From: Octopus bimaculoides
Taxonomy: Eukaryota
Assembly (NCBI RefSeq): GCF_001194135.2
Contig: NC_069003.1
Location: 25,598,399-25,662,398 of the forward strand
Reading direction: 5' to 3'
DNA: 64,000 nt
The notes beneath the pieces are model-generated. The model saw nothing but the letters and a program-made list of their open reading frames with translations. It did no database searches and was not told the DNA's origin. This document shows, piece after piece, positions 40,957 to 52,115 of this stretch (positions are counted from its first letter, which is position 1; the number at the start of each line of letters is the position of its first letter). A program made the position numbers and the translations under genes.

Positions 40957-41604
40957 TGCTAAGGGAATGTCTGTCAACTTAACGCGTGATTATTAAAAAC
41001 ATCTTTTTCCTCAAAATTATGGACTACATCTTCGCATACAATTAGTCTCATATTCAATGGAGTTTGATGCATTTTGCATTTCCTAAAGATGGTACTGAAA
41101 AATTATGGACAGATATTAGATCCTTTCATTACTTGATTTAAATAAATAAAAATGTGCATTTTTCAACCAAGGAAAACAAGTTCATTTTTGACAATGGGAC
41201 CTTGGAAATGGACCATGCCCAACGATCTAGTATACTTGTGATTAAAAGCGTTCCGACTGCGATCATCCCGGCTTTCTTAAATTTAGGTATAGTATATTTA
41301 GGAGTATAATATCCAAACATGTCCTCTCTTTTTTAACGATAGTTGAATGTGATTTGGCTGCTATTTCTGCAGTCTCCTTGATGGATCACTAATCTGATTG
41401 CTTAAATGTTTCATCACAACCAATTTTGACAACCCAGGCATTATAAAATCGACAGAGTGGTCACGGATTTTATCCGTCACATAAAACAATGCTTTTAAGC
41501 TTAAGAACACGCATATAATTTATATATATATATGGGGAGAGAGAGAGAGGGGGGGGAATAAATTACTGATAGATATAAGTATATTATAAACACCGAATAC
41601 TTAC

Positions 41605-41700
41605 AAATAGTGACAACCCTCGAAGTTCAGGTCTTCTAAGGAAACACCGGTTTGTAAAGGTTTTAATGGGTTTCAAAATATTTTTGTTGTTGACATATCC
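41605..41700 (-). other. MED22: Probable non-coding first exon of MED22 (5' end approximate)
   Basis: GTAAGT donor at 41604 on the minus strand; CATTTCCGCCGG motif near 41700; the next exon begins with an acceptor, so an upstream exon is required. Confidence 0.55.
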
Positions 41701-41895
41701 GGCGGAAATGAGGATGTAGTTAGTTTCGATGTAATTATTGATAAAATAATGGTATAAGTATAAAATAATATTTTAAATAGGAAATTAAGATTATATGACG
41801 TGATTAAATTTCTAATATCTAAAATACATTCTATTAATATTATTTGCAATAATATAATAGGGCTGTTTGTAAAAATTACATATACGATATTCCTG

Positions 41896-41935
<40 letters not shown>

Positions 41936-42100
41936 ATTTAGGTTTATTTATACTAAATAATATCATGCAATAATAACTTTTATTTCATTTCTTTTTTTTA
42001 ACATAATTTCTGCCTTGTAGTAATTTGTTTATACGGAAATGTGGCTTCAGAATAATCTAGTAAGGTAGCTTTATTTAATTCGGCCACCTATCGGCCTTTT
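41700..42100. promoter_or_regulatory. Bidirectional MED22/RPL7A promoter with TCT initiator (5'TOP)
   Basis: cCTTTTT at 42095-42101 fits the TCT motif of ribosomal protein genes, 21 nt before the ATG; CGGAAATG (ETS-like) at 41703 and 42034; (TA)n near 41898-41931. Confidence 0.65.
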
Positions 42101-42116
42101 TAGCTTAGGACTCATC

Positions 42117-42119
42117 ATG
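42117..42119 (+). CDS. RPL7A: RPL7A exon 1 (coding part is the ATG only)
   Basis: ctcatcATG|GTAAGT after a TCT motif; same ATG-only first exon as vertebrate RPL7A. Confidence 0.85.
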
Positions 42120-42546
42120 GTAAGTCATCGTGTCATTTGATTGTATTTTGTAATCGCTAAACATCTATATTTATTTCAACTTTAAATCAAGCATCAAATA
42201 TGTATTTTGTATCTTGTAAGAGTCTACTACATATACGAAGAGATATTTTGTAAAAAATATTGTATATTTTTGTGAATTTAATTGCAAAAAAATTTGGTAA
42301 GCTGTGCTTTTTCTTCATCCATTTTACAATTTCTCTTGTTACTTTTTATTTTAAGGTGGAGTTTAGTAATTATTGGATTAATTTTAATTATTCTAAAAGA
42401 ATTACCATCTCAGAAAAAAAAAAAAAACGTTATTTGTGTGTCCTTATATAATGTGTGGCTGTATATATATATATATATATTAGAATTATGTGTGCACGTG
42501 TATATCCACTCCAGTCCTCAATGCTAATCCCTGTATATTTATGATG

Positions 42547-42577
<31 letters not shown>

Positions 42578-44372
42578 GTGAATGTAAAATATATTTTTAT
42601 AATTCTATACTTTATAATATTTTTGAAGTTGATCAAGGCCTTGACCGAGCGGTCCATTAATTTATTCCTAAAAAATGGAAAGATTTATGTCGGCAAGATT
42701 TGAATTCAAAGCATATAGGGACGTAACTTAAATACGGAAAGTGTTTAAGTAAAAAGACAAAAATTTTTGTAAAATGTAAATCGGCAAAATATATTTATCC
42801 TAAACGCGAGAAATAAACGAATTTGAGTAGAATCAATTGTCAAGTTGCAGGTTCTGATGAGGGCTTCCCTTAGGCATTGTAGAATATCTATATCGAAAAG
42901 AAGGCCTTCCGGCGATCTTACGGTACGAGTCCTAAATATCGGCCTTTTCCGTAAAAAGTGTCTTCGGCGATCTTTACCAAAGATCGGCTCTAAAATATCT
43001 ATATCGAAAAGAAGGCCTTCCCCGATGTCCATCTGTTAAATCTGTGAAGCTTTTTCAAGTGTCAATGGAAACAATTTGCTTGCCCTTTTTTGATAAGCTT
43101 TCTGATAATGTCCTTAAATATATTCACATTAAGTTTCCTGTATACACACGCACACCACACGTGTCCGGTGTTATCCTAACCGCCGAAAACGGGTGGTGTG
43201 CGTATTCTTTATCTTCGCCATCTTAAAGTAACACTTGTTAAGCAGTGGCAGGACAGCCGTGTATATACAACGGGCTTCTACACATTTTCGGAATTCACTT
43301 AGAAGGTATTAATTGGTCCGAGGCTATAGTAGTTGTCCAAGGTGTCGCACATTGGGGCTGTACTCAAAACCACATGGTTTCGAAGCGAAATTTTTAATCA
43401 GTCATACCTGCACCTATATGTGTTTGACGATATAGAGTATATAAACTAGGGCTTCCTTACTCAGTAAAACGTCTGAGCCATTGTATGACTACATGAAATC
43501 ACAATGGGAGAACGTAGTCCTTGAGAACTTTGCCACAACTGGAACGCCATGAAATTTGTTCGATCAGGGCTGATGTTATATCTAACAATTTGTCTATCCT
43601 CTGAAGATTTACGGTACTTCATTATTTGATAGAAGCCAATGTTTTGTGTAGAAGAGTGGCTGGCAGCAAAAATATCCAAACACTTATTCCGCTAATTTTT
43701 TCTCTCTTAGTTCCTGGGAGAAATCAAACATTTTTATTTTTCAATATATGTCCAAGTGTGTGTGTATGGGTTACTTAAGGTCCAGTATTTATATTGTACC
43801 TCAGTTGCGGATTTAAGACAGTCGTCAGATGGATGCTTTTATCCCTCAGGGGTCGATAAAATATAAGGATCAGTCATGTGTTGTGATCTCTAGAGCTGAA
43901 TAGAAGCGTGATAGGATAATTAATTCATTGATATTTTGATTTTATGTCTTGTACAATGATCTAATTAGAAATATACATTCAACGTCCGTTTTCCATGCTG
44001 GCATGGTTTGGACGAAGAGGATTCGAGTGGTAGCTTTTCTACGGCCAAATGCCCCTTATGATGCTCCCTTCCATGTTCCCAAGTAGGAAATTATTATTCT
44101 AATTATAAATTACATTATCATTTGTCATAAAGTTTGCTTCATATTAATTTACATTAGCAAGTGATTGTCTTTCCAAAGTAGTAAACATTCTCAGAAATGG
44201 TTGGAAGTTGCAAAAAATGACATGTCTTGGGTAGAAATGAAGTGCTCCATGTAGCAATGTAGAGGAGAGGGTTAATGTAGTACTGGTAGGGATAGGGAAG
44301 AAGTAAGTGATGAAAATGTTTTTCAGCAATGTACTATACTTGAGATCATTGATTTGTTCTAAACAAACAATT

Positions 44373-44436
44373 GACTATGATGACACTTGTTGGATATGTG
44401 ATTGTCTGTGAAATCGATCCCTTGGCTGTCTGAGTC
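44373..44436 (+). ncRNA. Box C/D snoRNA, SNORD53(U53)-like, copy A (RPL7A intron 1)
   Basis: GACT/AGTC stem, ATGATGA, CTGA; D guide TCCCTTGGCTGT is complementary to LSU ACAGCCAAGGGA, and the +5 rule gives the human Cm3848-equivalent C. Confidence 0.85.
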
Positions 44437-44848
44437 CACCTTATTTCACCTTATGNNNNNNNNNNNNNNNNNNNNNNNNNNNNNNNNNNNNNNNNNNNNN
44501 NNNNNNNNNNNNNNNNNNNNNNNNNNNNNNNNNNNNNNNNNNNNNNNNNNNNNNNNNNNNNNNNNNNNNNNNNNNNNNNNNNNNNNNNNNNNNNNNNNNN
44601 NNNNNNNNNNNNNNNNNNNNNNNNNNNNNNNNNNNNNNNNNNNNNNNNNNNNNNNNNNNNNNNNNNNNNNNNNNNNNNNNNNNNNNNNNNNNNNNNNNNN
44701 NNNNNNNNNNNNNNNNNNNNNNNNNNNNNNNNNNNNNNNNNNNNNNNNNNNNNNNNNNNNNNNNNNNNNNNNNNNNNNNNNNNNNNNNNNNNNNNNNNNN
44801 NNNNNNNNNNNNNNNNNNNNNNNNNNNNNNNNNNNNNNNNNNNNNNNN

Positions 44849-44965
44849 GCCACCGCTACAACAGAAAATAGTATTAATTGGCTTAAGAGACATGGACTTT
44901 TAAATACCCCAAAAATATGCCCCTCGTGTGGAGCTAGCATGATGGAAGTAGCCAAAAAGTTTTTT
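44849..44965 (+). mobile_element. Merlin/ISXO2-like transposase N-terminal fragment
   Basis: SINWLKRHGLLNTPKICPSCGASM, typical WL..GLL....CP.CG..M zinc-ribbon start. Confidence 0.55.
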
Positions 44966-45276
44966 TTTTTCTAATTTGATAAATTCTACGGAAACAAACG
45001 AAGGTGGACGAGTGATAGAGAGATAGACAGACAGATAGATAGATAGCTCCGGCCAGTCAGTAGCCAAAGAAACAGATTTCAACTCAAACCAGCAGTAACA
45101 TTCCTTGTTTAGATTTTTCTACTTTCGCTTCTGACAGCTAATACCATGACAGTGCCGTGCTCCATGTAGCAATGTAGAGGAGAGTACTGGTAGGGATAGG
45201 GAAGAAGTAAGTGATGAAAATGTTTTTCAGCAATGTACAATACTTGAGATCATTGATTTGTTCTAAACAAACAATT

Positions 45277-45340
45277 GACTATGATGACACTTGTTGGATA
45301 TGTGATTGTCTGTGAAATCGATCCCTTGGCTGTCTGAGTC
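45277..45340 (+). ncRNA. SNORD53-like C/D snoRNA, copy B (intron 1)
   Basis: Body identical to copy A; flanks differ (11-nt deletion, substitutions). Confidence 0.8.
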
Positions 45341-46084
45341 CACGTTATCTCACCTTATGATGCCCCCCCCCTCGTGTTCCCAAGTAGGAAATGTTTTCCG
45401 TCCTATCTAGTGAGACAAGCTCTCTAACCACACAACTATATGTGTGTAAAAAATCCGATCCTGCGGAAGGCACCTTTGAGGAGCCTGGCCGTTTCGTGGC
45501 CCTGTACCCTTGTGCAATGAAACTTATTTCTGCAAATGTGCGAAGTCCTGATGCTGATCATAGTTTAATCAATGAGCGTAGGAGCGGGGTAAATGCAGTA
45601 AAAATAAGGTGGGGTGGGGATCAGTGGGACTCCATTTCAGCAACCCTTCAGAAATTGAACGTCATTACGACACTCTCTGGGAGTTCATGGTACGAAATTC
45701 ATTGTCATTGCTTCGATTTGGTTTAAAAAATGCAGTAAAAATAGGGAGTTCAGTGGGGCCCCTGGGATTAGGAGAGTTGCTGGTTTGAGTGTTGTCCTTG
45801 CACCAACGGTCTCGGAGTTAACGGACATAAAAACGTAACTGACAGAAACATCACTCAAATTTAAATTAAGATAGAGGGTAATTCTTCAGGGTTGTGTCCC
45901 TTCATTTTTTTTTTTTACACACTTGTAAACTGAACAATTAACTATATATATATATGAGGGGGTTTAGATTTAGACAAGATTTATTGGTGAAAGCAGTTGT
46001 CAAGCACATCAGGTTTTGAAATACAGAATTTTGTGATTAAATTTTCAATTAGAATTCACATTTCTTCATTTGCATCTCCTGCAG

Positions 46085-46202
46085 CCTAAATTCAAGAAAG
46101 GAAAAAAGAAGTTGCCACCAGTTCCTACTGTTGCTAGGAAGGTGGAACCAAAGAAAGTGGTCAACCCACTGTTTGAGAAAAGACCAAAGAACTTTGGTAT
46201 TG
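46085..46202 (+). CDS. RPL7A: RPL7A exon 2
   Basis: [40 protein letters not shown]; CAG / GTGAGT. Confidence 0.97.
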
Positions 46203-46740
46203 GTGAGTAAATTTAAATTTCTGTCTTCATTTTATAATAAAGTCCAGTGCTAGCATTATTTTATGGAAGAACTTAATGTGTGAACTACAAATTTTATGGT
46301 CATATTTCCATTAACAGGTCAAATTTTGAGGAGTTTCATAGGATTTTATTTTTGGAATATCCAGTGAATAGAACTGGACGGTTCTATTTAGCCAAAGTGT
46401 TTCATCTTTCATTATCCAGTGAGTCCTTTCAATTTGTAAAACTGATTTGAGGAAAATTTAACCACTTCTAATGGATTGAATAATCATTTGAAAACAGCAA
46501 TGATTCTTTCTTCCACTTCTTTCATTTCCCTCATTGTTTTCTATTCAAATATGACATCATAGTAAGATTTTCCAGGAATATTAGATTATAAATACACATA
46601 GCTTAGATTTATTTATACACATTTTGTAATTAATGTTGGCTTATTTATTTCCTTGCCATTATGCAGATCCTTAATTCAGTGTTCAATTTTATTTCTGTGG
46701 TAAAGAAATTGAGAGGTGGGCTCATGACTTCAGAAAATGT

Positions 46741-46812
46741 TCAGGCAATGATGGAATTAAGAATATTTGCTACATGAATATTAATGATTACAAATGTTTT
46801 TGCTGAGCCTGA
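46741..46812 (+). ncRNA. C/D snoRNA, U24/SNORD24-like carrying only the D' guide (intron 2)
   Basis: TCAGGC/GCCTGA stem, C ATGATGG, guide GAATATTTGCTAC plus D' ATGA, C' ATGATTA, D CTGA; the guide matches human U24 AAGAATATTTGCTAT and pairs 13 bp with LSU GUAGCAAAUAUUC. Confidence 0.88.
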
Positions 46813-47729
46813 CCAAACTTCAAACTTTTCCTGGTTACAACGGTTTACAGTGCCCTGTTGACTGAAGTAACCTGTGGTCTTAATAGAGAAGTATTAATAA
46901 AAACAAGATTATTTTACAAACAAAATTAAATAAAAAAATTACTGGTTTTTAAAGATTATTTTAAACTGACCTCCAGTTTGTAGCAGATGAGATGTGGAAA
47001 TAAAAATAAGTTTGAAAGGCTTTTTTAAAGTTTTCTCTATTTGAGAATAATTTAAAGAAAATAAAAGGTGTACACATAACCTGAATAGTTAAATAGGTTT
47101 TTGCAAGTATGGTTTTGAGTTTCATGTTACTGTGGACCTGTTTTAACTGAGCTTCAGATTGATCAATCNNNNNNNNNNNNNNNNNNNNNNNNNNNNNNNN
47201 NNNNNNNNNNNNNNNNNNNNNNNNNNNNNNNNNNNNNNNNNNNNNNNNNNNNNNNNNNNNNNNNNNNNNNNNNNNNNNNNNNNNNNNNNNNNNNNNNNNN
47301 NNNNNNNNNNNNNNNNNNNNNNNNNNNNNNNNNNNNNNNNNNNNNNNNNNNNNNNNNNNNNNNNNNNNNNNNNNNNNNNNNNNNNNNNNNNNNNNNNNNN
47401 NNNNNNNNNNNNNNNNNNNNNNNNNNNNNNNNNNNNNNNNNNNNNNNNNNNNNNNNNNNNNNNNNNNNNNNNNNNNTTTATATTGCTCGAAGAGAGAAAA
47501 TATTTTAAAACATGCAGTTGATGATGCCTGTAAAGCCAATTGGTGGAAGTAACACATGTTTCACCCCTATTAAATATCCTGTGTGATATATATATATATA
47601 TATATATATATGAACATAGTGATACTGTAGCAGGATATTAATTCATTTCATAAGTAAATGGTTCATGAAAATGTAAAATGTCTATAAATTTTAAGTTATA
47701 GAAATTAAATTATGACTGGTTAACTCACT

Positions 47730-47915
47730 CTACTGATCGCCAAAAGGTTCCTGATTGCTCCAGTAATTTCTAATCTTGGGTAACTGTCTAATACCTATAA
47801 TAATATTTATGGCAAAAAATGCCCGTATTTCTACGGTTGTAGGAAACCACAAGCTATCTTTTTTCCAGCTTGTTTTCATTCTGCGTAACTTTGTTTCCGC
47901 AGTGATCACTTCAAA
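47730..47915 (-). mobile_element. piggyBac transposase fragment
   Basis: WFPTTVEIRAFFAINIIIGIRQLPKIRNYWS resembles the piggyBac W.PTT..EI.AF.G..I.MGI..LP.I.DYWS motif. Confidence 0.75.
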
Positions 47916-48038
47916 CAAGCATGTAGCAATGTAGAGGAGAGGGTTAATGTAGTACTGATAGGGAAGAAGTAAGTGATGAAAATGTATTTCAGCATTGTAC
48001 AATACTTGAGATCATTGATTTGTTCTAAACAAACGATT

Positions 48039-48102
48039 GACTATGATGACACTTGTTGGATATGTGATTGTCTGTGAAATCGATCCCTTGGCTGTCTGAG
48101 TC
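48039..48102 (+). ncRNA. SNORD53-like C/D snoRNA, copy C (intron 2)
   Basis: Body identical to copies A and B. Confidence 0.85.
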
Positions 48103-48672
48103 CACCTTATCTCACTTCATCCCTGTGTTGATAGTGAGGGTTAGGGTCCTGTTGACTGTCTTAATCACAATTTGATAATTGTTTTGCTACCCATAGTGGC
48201 TAGCTAGTTAGCAATTTGTGCTGCACTGGGTAAATGACTGGTATAGCTCTAGCGATACTGTTGACATGTGTATAGCCTGTTATTTTTATAGACTAGTATT
48301 GGGAACTTTAGCTTTTAAGAACAAATCTTGAAATAATACTGAAAATAGTAAGCTCTAGCATTTTTGTTGTCTTTCTTTCATAGGAAGAGTGCTCTACATA
48401 TGGACTATCATTTTCTACACCAGTGGTCACTTCAATTTGTCTGTGTATGTATATATGCACATACACACATCTATGTTCACTTAGTAGTAACAGTAGGCTT
48501 GATTGTATAAAATAACGATTAAAATAATTTGCCATTTGAGTCTGTTCTGTATAAGTTGAATTGTATAAAATGCTTATGATTTATTTTGTAACTGATATTT
48601 TCTGAGAAATGTAAGAAGGAAATATTTAGTTAATCTAAAGGATCACAATAATTACAAGGCATATAATTTCTC

Positions 48673-48738
48673 AGCTATGAGGTTTACCTTGCCCTCTCTG
48701 ATATTGATGAGACATTTTTTTATACGCATTTCTGAGCT
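48673..48738 (+). ncRNA. C/D snoRNA, SNORD103/SNORD85 (snR40)-like, copy 1 (intron 2)
   Basis: AGC/GCT stem, variant C ATGAGGT, D' CTGA preceded by CTTGCCCTCT (pairs with SSU GGAGGGCAAG, Gm601 equivalent), C' TTGATGA, D CTGA. Confidence 0.75.
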
Positions 48739-49398
48739 TTGAAAGAATATGCTTTTGTATTTATGTGACCCCCAATTTTATTGTCGAAGCGTTGTTACAT
48801 ATTTAATAGATGGGGATGTTGAAATATTAGATATTCATATCACTATGAATATCTAATAAATATATACATGTATTTATATATTATACACACACATTACAGA
48901 GGGATAAGAATTGGACTATTATAGGAATAAAATTACTCTTGAAAGTGTATGTAGCTGATAGGTTTAGATGTCTTTTCTGACACTGACTGAATGGCAATAG
49001 TTCATAGCCTTGCTTCAGGGATCTGATGTTTGAAGAGGTTTAAACTGGTTACGTTTTGGTAGTTGTTTTCTATCCCTAAACAATATTTAGGGTTTAGATA
49101 ATTACAAGGACTGACACTTAAACAATTGGGAAATAGATGAAAAGCTTGGTGAGTGAGCATGGCTGGAAAGTGGGTACTAGGATAGGAGTATGTCATGTAG
49201 AAGATGCTAATATTGGTCAAAGGCAGATGAGATAAACCTGAAATGCTAAACCTTGATTAAATATGGAATACAATGGGTGAGTAGGACTCATCAACGCTAA
49301 GAACTTGTTTTGTTAGACCTCATCAGCCTAAAGTGACATGTTTACTAGAGAAGCCTATCTGTTGGACTAAGATGACAATTTCATTTAATTTTGTAGAT

Positions 49399-49527
49399 TG
49401 GAAGAGAGCTGCACACTTGTATCCCATGATACATTTGTACGATATCTCTTCCTACATTAACTATGACAGTTGTAGGACACCGGTCATTATTTTGTGTATG
49501 AACTGGTGATAAATACCTGTTACATTC
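49399..49527 (+). ncRNA. Box H/ACA snoRNA, copy 1 (intron 2), target unassigned
   Basis: Hairpin GGAAGAGA/TCTCTTCC, H box ACATTA (49454), hairpin GACAG/CTGTT with CACCGGT/ACTGGTG, ACA at 49522, 14 nt from the pocket. Confidence 0.8.
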
Positions 49528-49735
49528 GTGTTAGATATTCAGCTTTAATATAACATTTGGCATGACCTGTCCCATTAGGAAGAGACCAAGAGAATATATC
49601 TGGAATGATTTGTCTACCATTCCAATATCTGAAACAAAGATGAACCCTTTAGTATTTAGATCAGCCATATCTAGCCCAAATATTCTACCTGTTTTATGTT
49701 CAAACCAGCTAGATCTCACCTCACACCTTCTCTTT

Positions 49736-49776
49736 CTGACATTGATGAGACATTTTTTTATATGCATTTCTGAGCT
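49736..49776 (+). pseudogene. 5'-truncated SNORD103-like copy (D', C' and D only)
   Basis: CTGAcaTTGATGAgacattttttt..atatgcatttCTGAgct matches the full copies; box C and the D' guide are replaced by a piggyBac-MITE fragment. Confidence 0.65.
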
Positions 49777-50324
49777 TCTAATGAATATCTCTCTGTAAAT
49801 TCTTATTCTTAGTTAAGGCTTATGTAACTAAAATGCCCACCCCCATGTAGCTGTAGTTAACTCAAATACACTTCCCATGTGTAAATTCTGAAAAGTAGAG
49901 ACTTTTGACTGAATGGGCATAATTTCATATATGGAAATGGTGCTTCTATTATGAAATTCAAGATGTATTGGTTTTATTAGTGTTCAATCTGTAGATTGAA
50001 CACTAATATATCTGAGGTGTGTATATAGCTCATTGTATATCTGTATTTGTCTCTTTGACATTGTGTGATAGTTGCCACCATACTAGATGTCATTTCCAAT
50101 ATTTCATGAGCATATCTGGCCATGGAGAAATATTACCTTGCTTGAAATCAGGAAGGGCATTCAGCCATAGGACAGTAAACTCTGCTTGACCCATGCAAGT
50201 ATGAAAAAGTGGACGTTAAAATGTGTGGAATTTTTTGTATTTATGAAGGACCTGAACGTGATTGTGTAATATGTTCAGAAATTTGTGTTTATTTTTTTAA
50301 GACAAACCCTGTCAGTTTGTTTAT

Positions 50325-50456
50325 TGGAAAAGAGCTGCACACTTGTACCCTATGGTACATTTGTACGATATCTCTTCCTATATTAACTGTGACAGTTGTA
50401 GGACACTGGCCATTATTATCTTGTGTATGAACTGGTGATAAATGTCTGTCACATTA
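50325..50456 (+). ncRNA. Box H/ACA snoRNA, copy 2 (intron 2)
   Basis: Paralog of 49399-49527; H box ATATTA, ACA at 50451; compensatory change GTATC/GATAC to GTACC/GGTAC. Confidence 0.8.
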
Positions 50457-51241
50457 TTTTGTGTTAGATCAATGGATATTCAAAGAATTTATTAGAATTT
50501 TTAGGTACATTTTGGACCTACCATTTTGGTATTAACACTTTAATATATTTTGGTACTGAAGATAGGGTTTTGCTTAAGTTGATGACGGCTGGTGAAGTAA
50601 TAATAATGAAACCTGATTAGGAAAATTTAGTGGTTAATGGATTTCATTTTCTTGTCAAAGTAAGTAAGCATAGAGGATTGTGATTTTAAATTTTGGTATT
50701 GGTACTGTGAACAAAACAATTGATGTAAAGAGAGCTAAAAGATAAATCATTTAGAAACTACTATTAGGAGATGAATAACTGTGCTGTTTCAATTACAGAA
50801 AGATAAGGTTTTATGAAACTAGTCTTAGTTGAGGAACTCGGTTTCAGCCTGTCAATGGTATATTTAAAGTATTTTATTGACTATAGTCTACTATTGTTAT
50901 ACGAAGGGAGATAACTATAGTTTAACCATATTTTTAAATAATTTCTCTTGCTTTCTGTAATTTTGTTTCTCATCCCTCTGTTATATGCTTATTTCTCCGT
51001 TGGGTGCCAAATGGATGGCTTCAAAATGACTGCACCAAATCGTCCATTTGTTATTTCATTGTACCTTGTGATATAATGGAATCGTTTGAAATATCAGACT
51101 GGAGTAATTTGTTTTCCTTTGCAACATTTATGAATCTGACATAATGGTTTACTGTTTTTTAGATATTAAAATTGTAACGTTTTCCATGATATTCTACACA
51201 AATAATACTTTAGATGGCTTTTGCGAAGCATATAATTTCTC

Positions 51242-51306
51242 AGCTATGAGGTTTACCTTGCCCTCTCTGACATTGATGAGACATTTTTTATACGCATTTC
51301 TGAGCT
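51242..51306 (+). ncRNA. SNORD103/85-like C/D snoRNA, copy 2 (intron 2)
   Basis: Near-identical to 48673-48738 with the same boxes and guide. Confidence 0.75.
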
Positions 51307-51455
51307 TTGAAAGAATATGCTTTTGTAGTTTCTTTGTGGAGCTTAATTAGAATTAGATCTTTTGTTTCAATATATTATAACTAGAATACATTTTAAACAT
51401 AAATGTTCCTTTCATAAATTTATAGAATTTCAAATCTAATAGCTAAGTTATTTAA

Positions 51456-51674
51456 CCCTTTAGAATTTAAACCGGCCATATCCGGCCAAAAGTATTCTGC
51501 CTGTTTTGTTCAAACTGGCCAGATCTGGTCCCTCACACCAACCCTACAATATTGTTTTAAAAATTAACAGCTACCTCATCAAAATTCATAGCTACAAGGT
51601 AATGTATGATTAGTTCAAAACAATGTGGATAAAAAAAGCATTAATTTTGGAAGAATAATGCAAACACTAAAGGG
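51456..51674. mobile_element. piggyBac-type MITE (abundant family)
   Basis: TTAA|CCCTTTAG ... CTAAAGGG|TTAA; related copies near 24403-25054, 33906-34225, 36546-36775 and 61978-62185. Confidence 0.8.
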
Positions 51675-51807
51675 TTAAATTTTGTGATATCATCTAACAT
51701 GATAATATACTGAATATTGAGAAAGAAAGGAGTGGGTGTATGTGGTGAAAGCAGTATACTAGATTTTTAGTTACTATTTCAAGGTTTCTGTGATTTCCGT
51801 ATAAATT

Positions 51808-51873
51808 AACTGTGATGACAATCGTTATTGGTATTGAATTTTCTGTGAAATATACCCCTTGGCTGTCTGAGTT
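51808..51873 (+). ncRNA. SNORD53-like C/D snoRNA, divergent copy D (intron 2)
   Basis: AACT/AGTT stem (compensated relative to GACT/AGTC), GTGATGA, guide CCCTTGGCTGT plus CTGA; 5' half diverged. Confidence 0.85.
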
Positions 51874-51906
51874 ACTTGAAAATATGGCAGAACAAATATT
51901 AGTGAA

Positions 51907-52115
51907 AAAGCAATTGTTTACTGTCAACGTAATGTGACAGACCCATTAAGGGAGTCATACTGCTGCTATTTAGCCCTAGGAAGCTAGACCGCTTCCTGTT
52001 GGCCTTGACACATTTCCTGTGTCCTTATATTTGTGAAGCTTCCTAGGGCTAAATAGCAGCAGCATGATTCCCTTATTGGGACTGTCACATTAAGTTGACA
52101 ATAAACAACTGCTTT
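51907..52115. repeat. Foldback / MITE-like inverted repeat, 79-bp arms, 51-nt loop
   Basis: 51907-51985 is the near-perfect reverse complement of 52037-52115. Confidence 0.9.

Noticed and set aside
43176-43222. AAGATGGCG on the minus strand as a possible start codon
   Set aside because: The frame closes after 16 codons; better read as a YY1-type motif.
49583-49620. ATGATTT...CATTCCAATAT-CTGA, partial SSU complementarity
   Set aside because: Only 9 bp with a mismatch next to the box, and no 3' half before the MITE.
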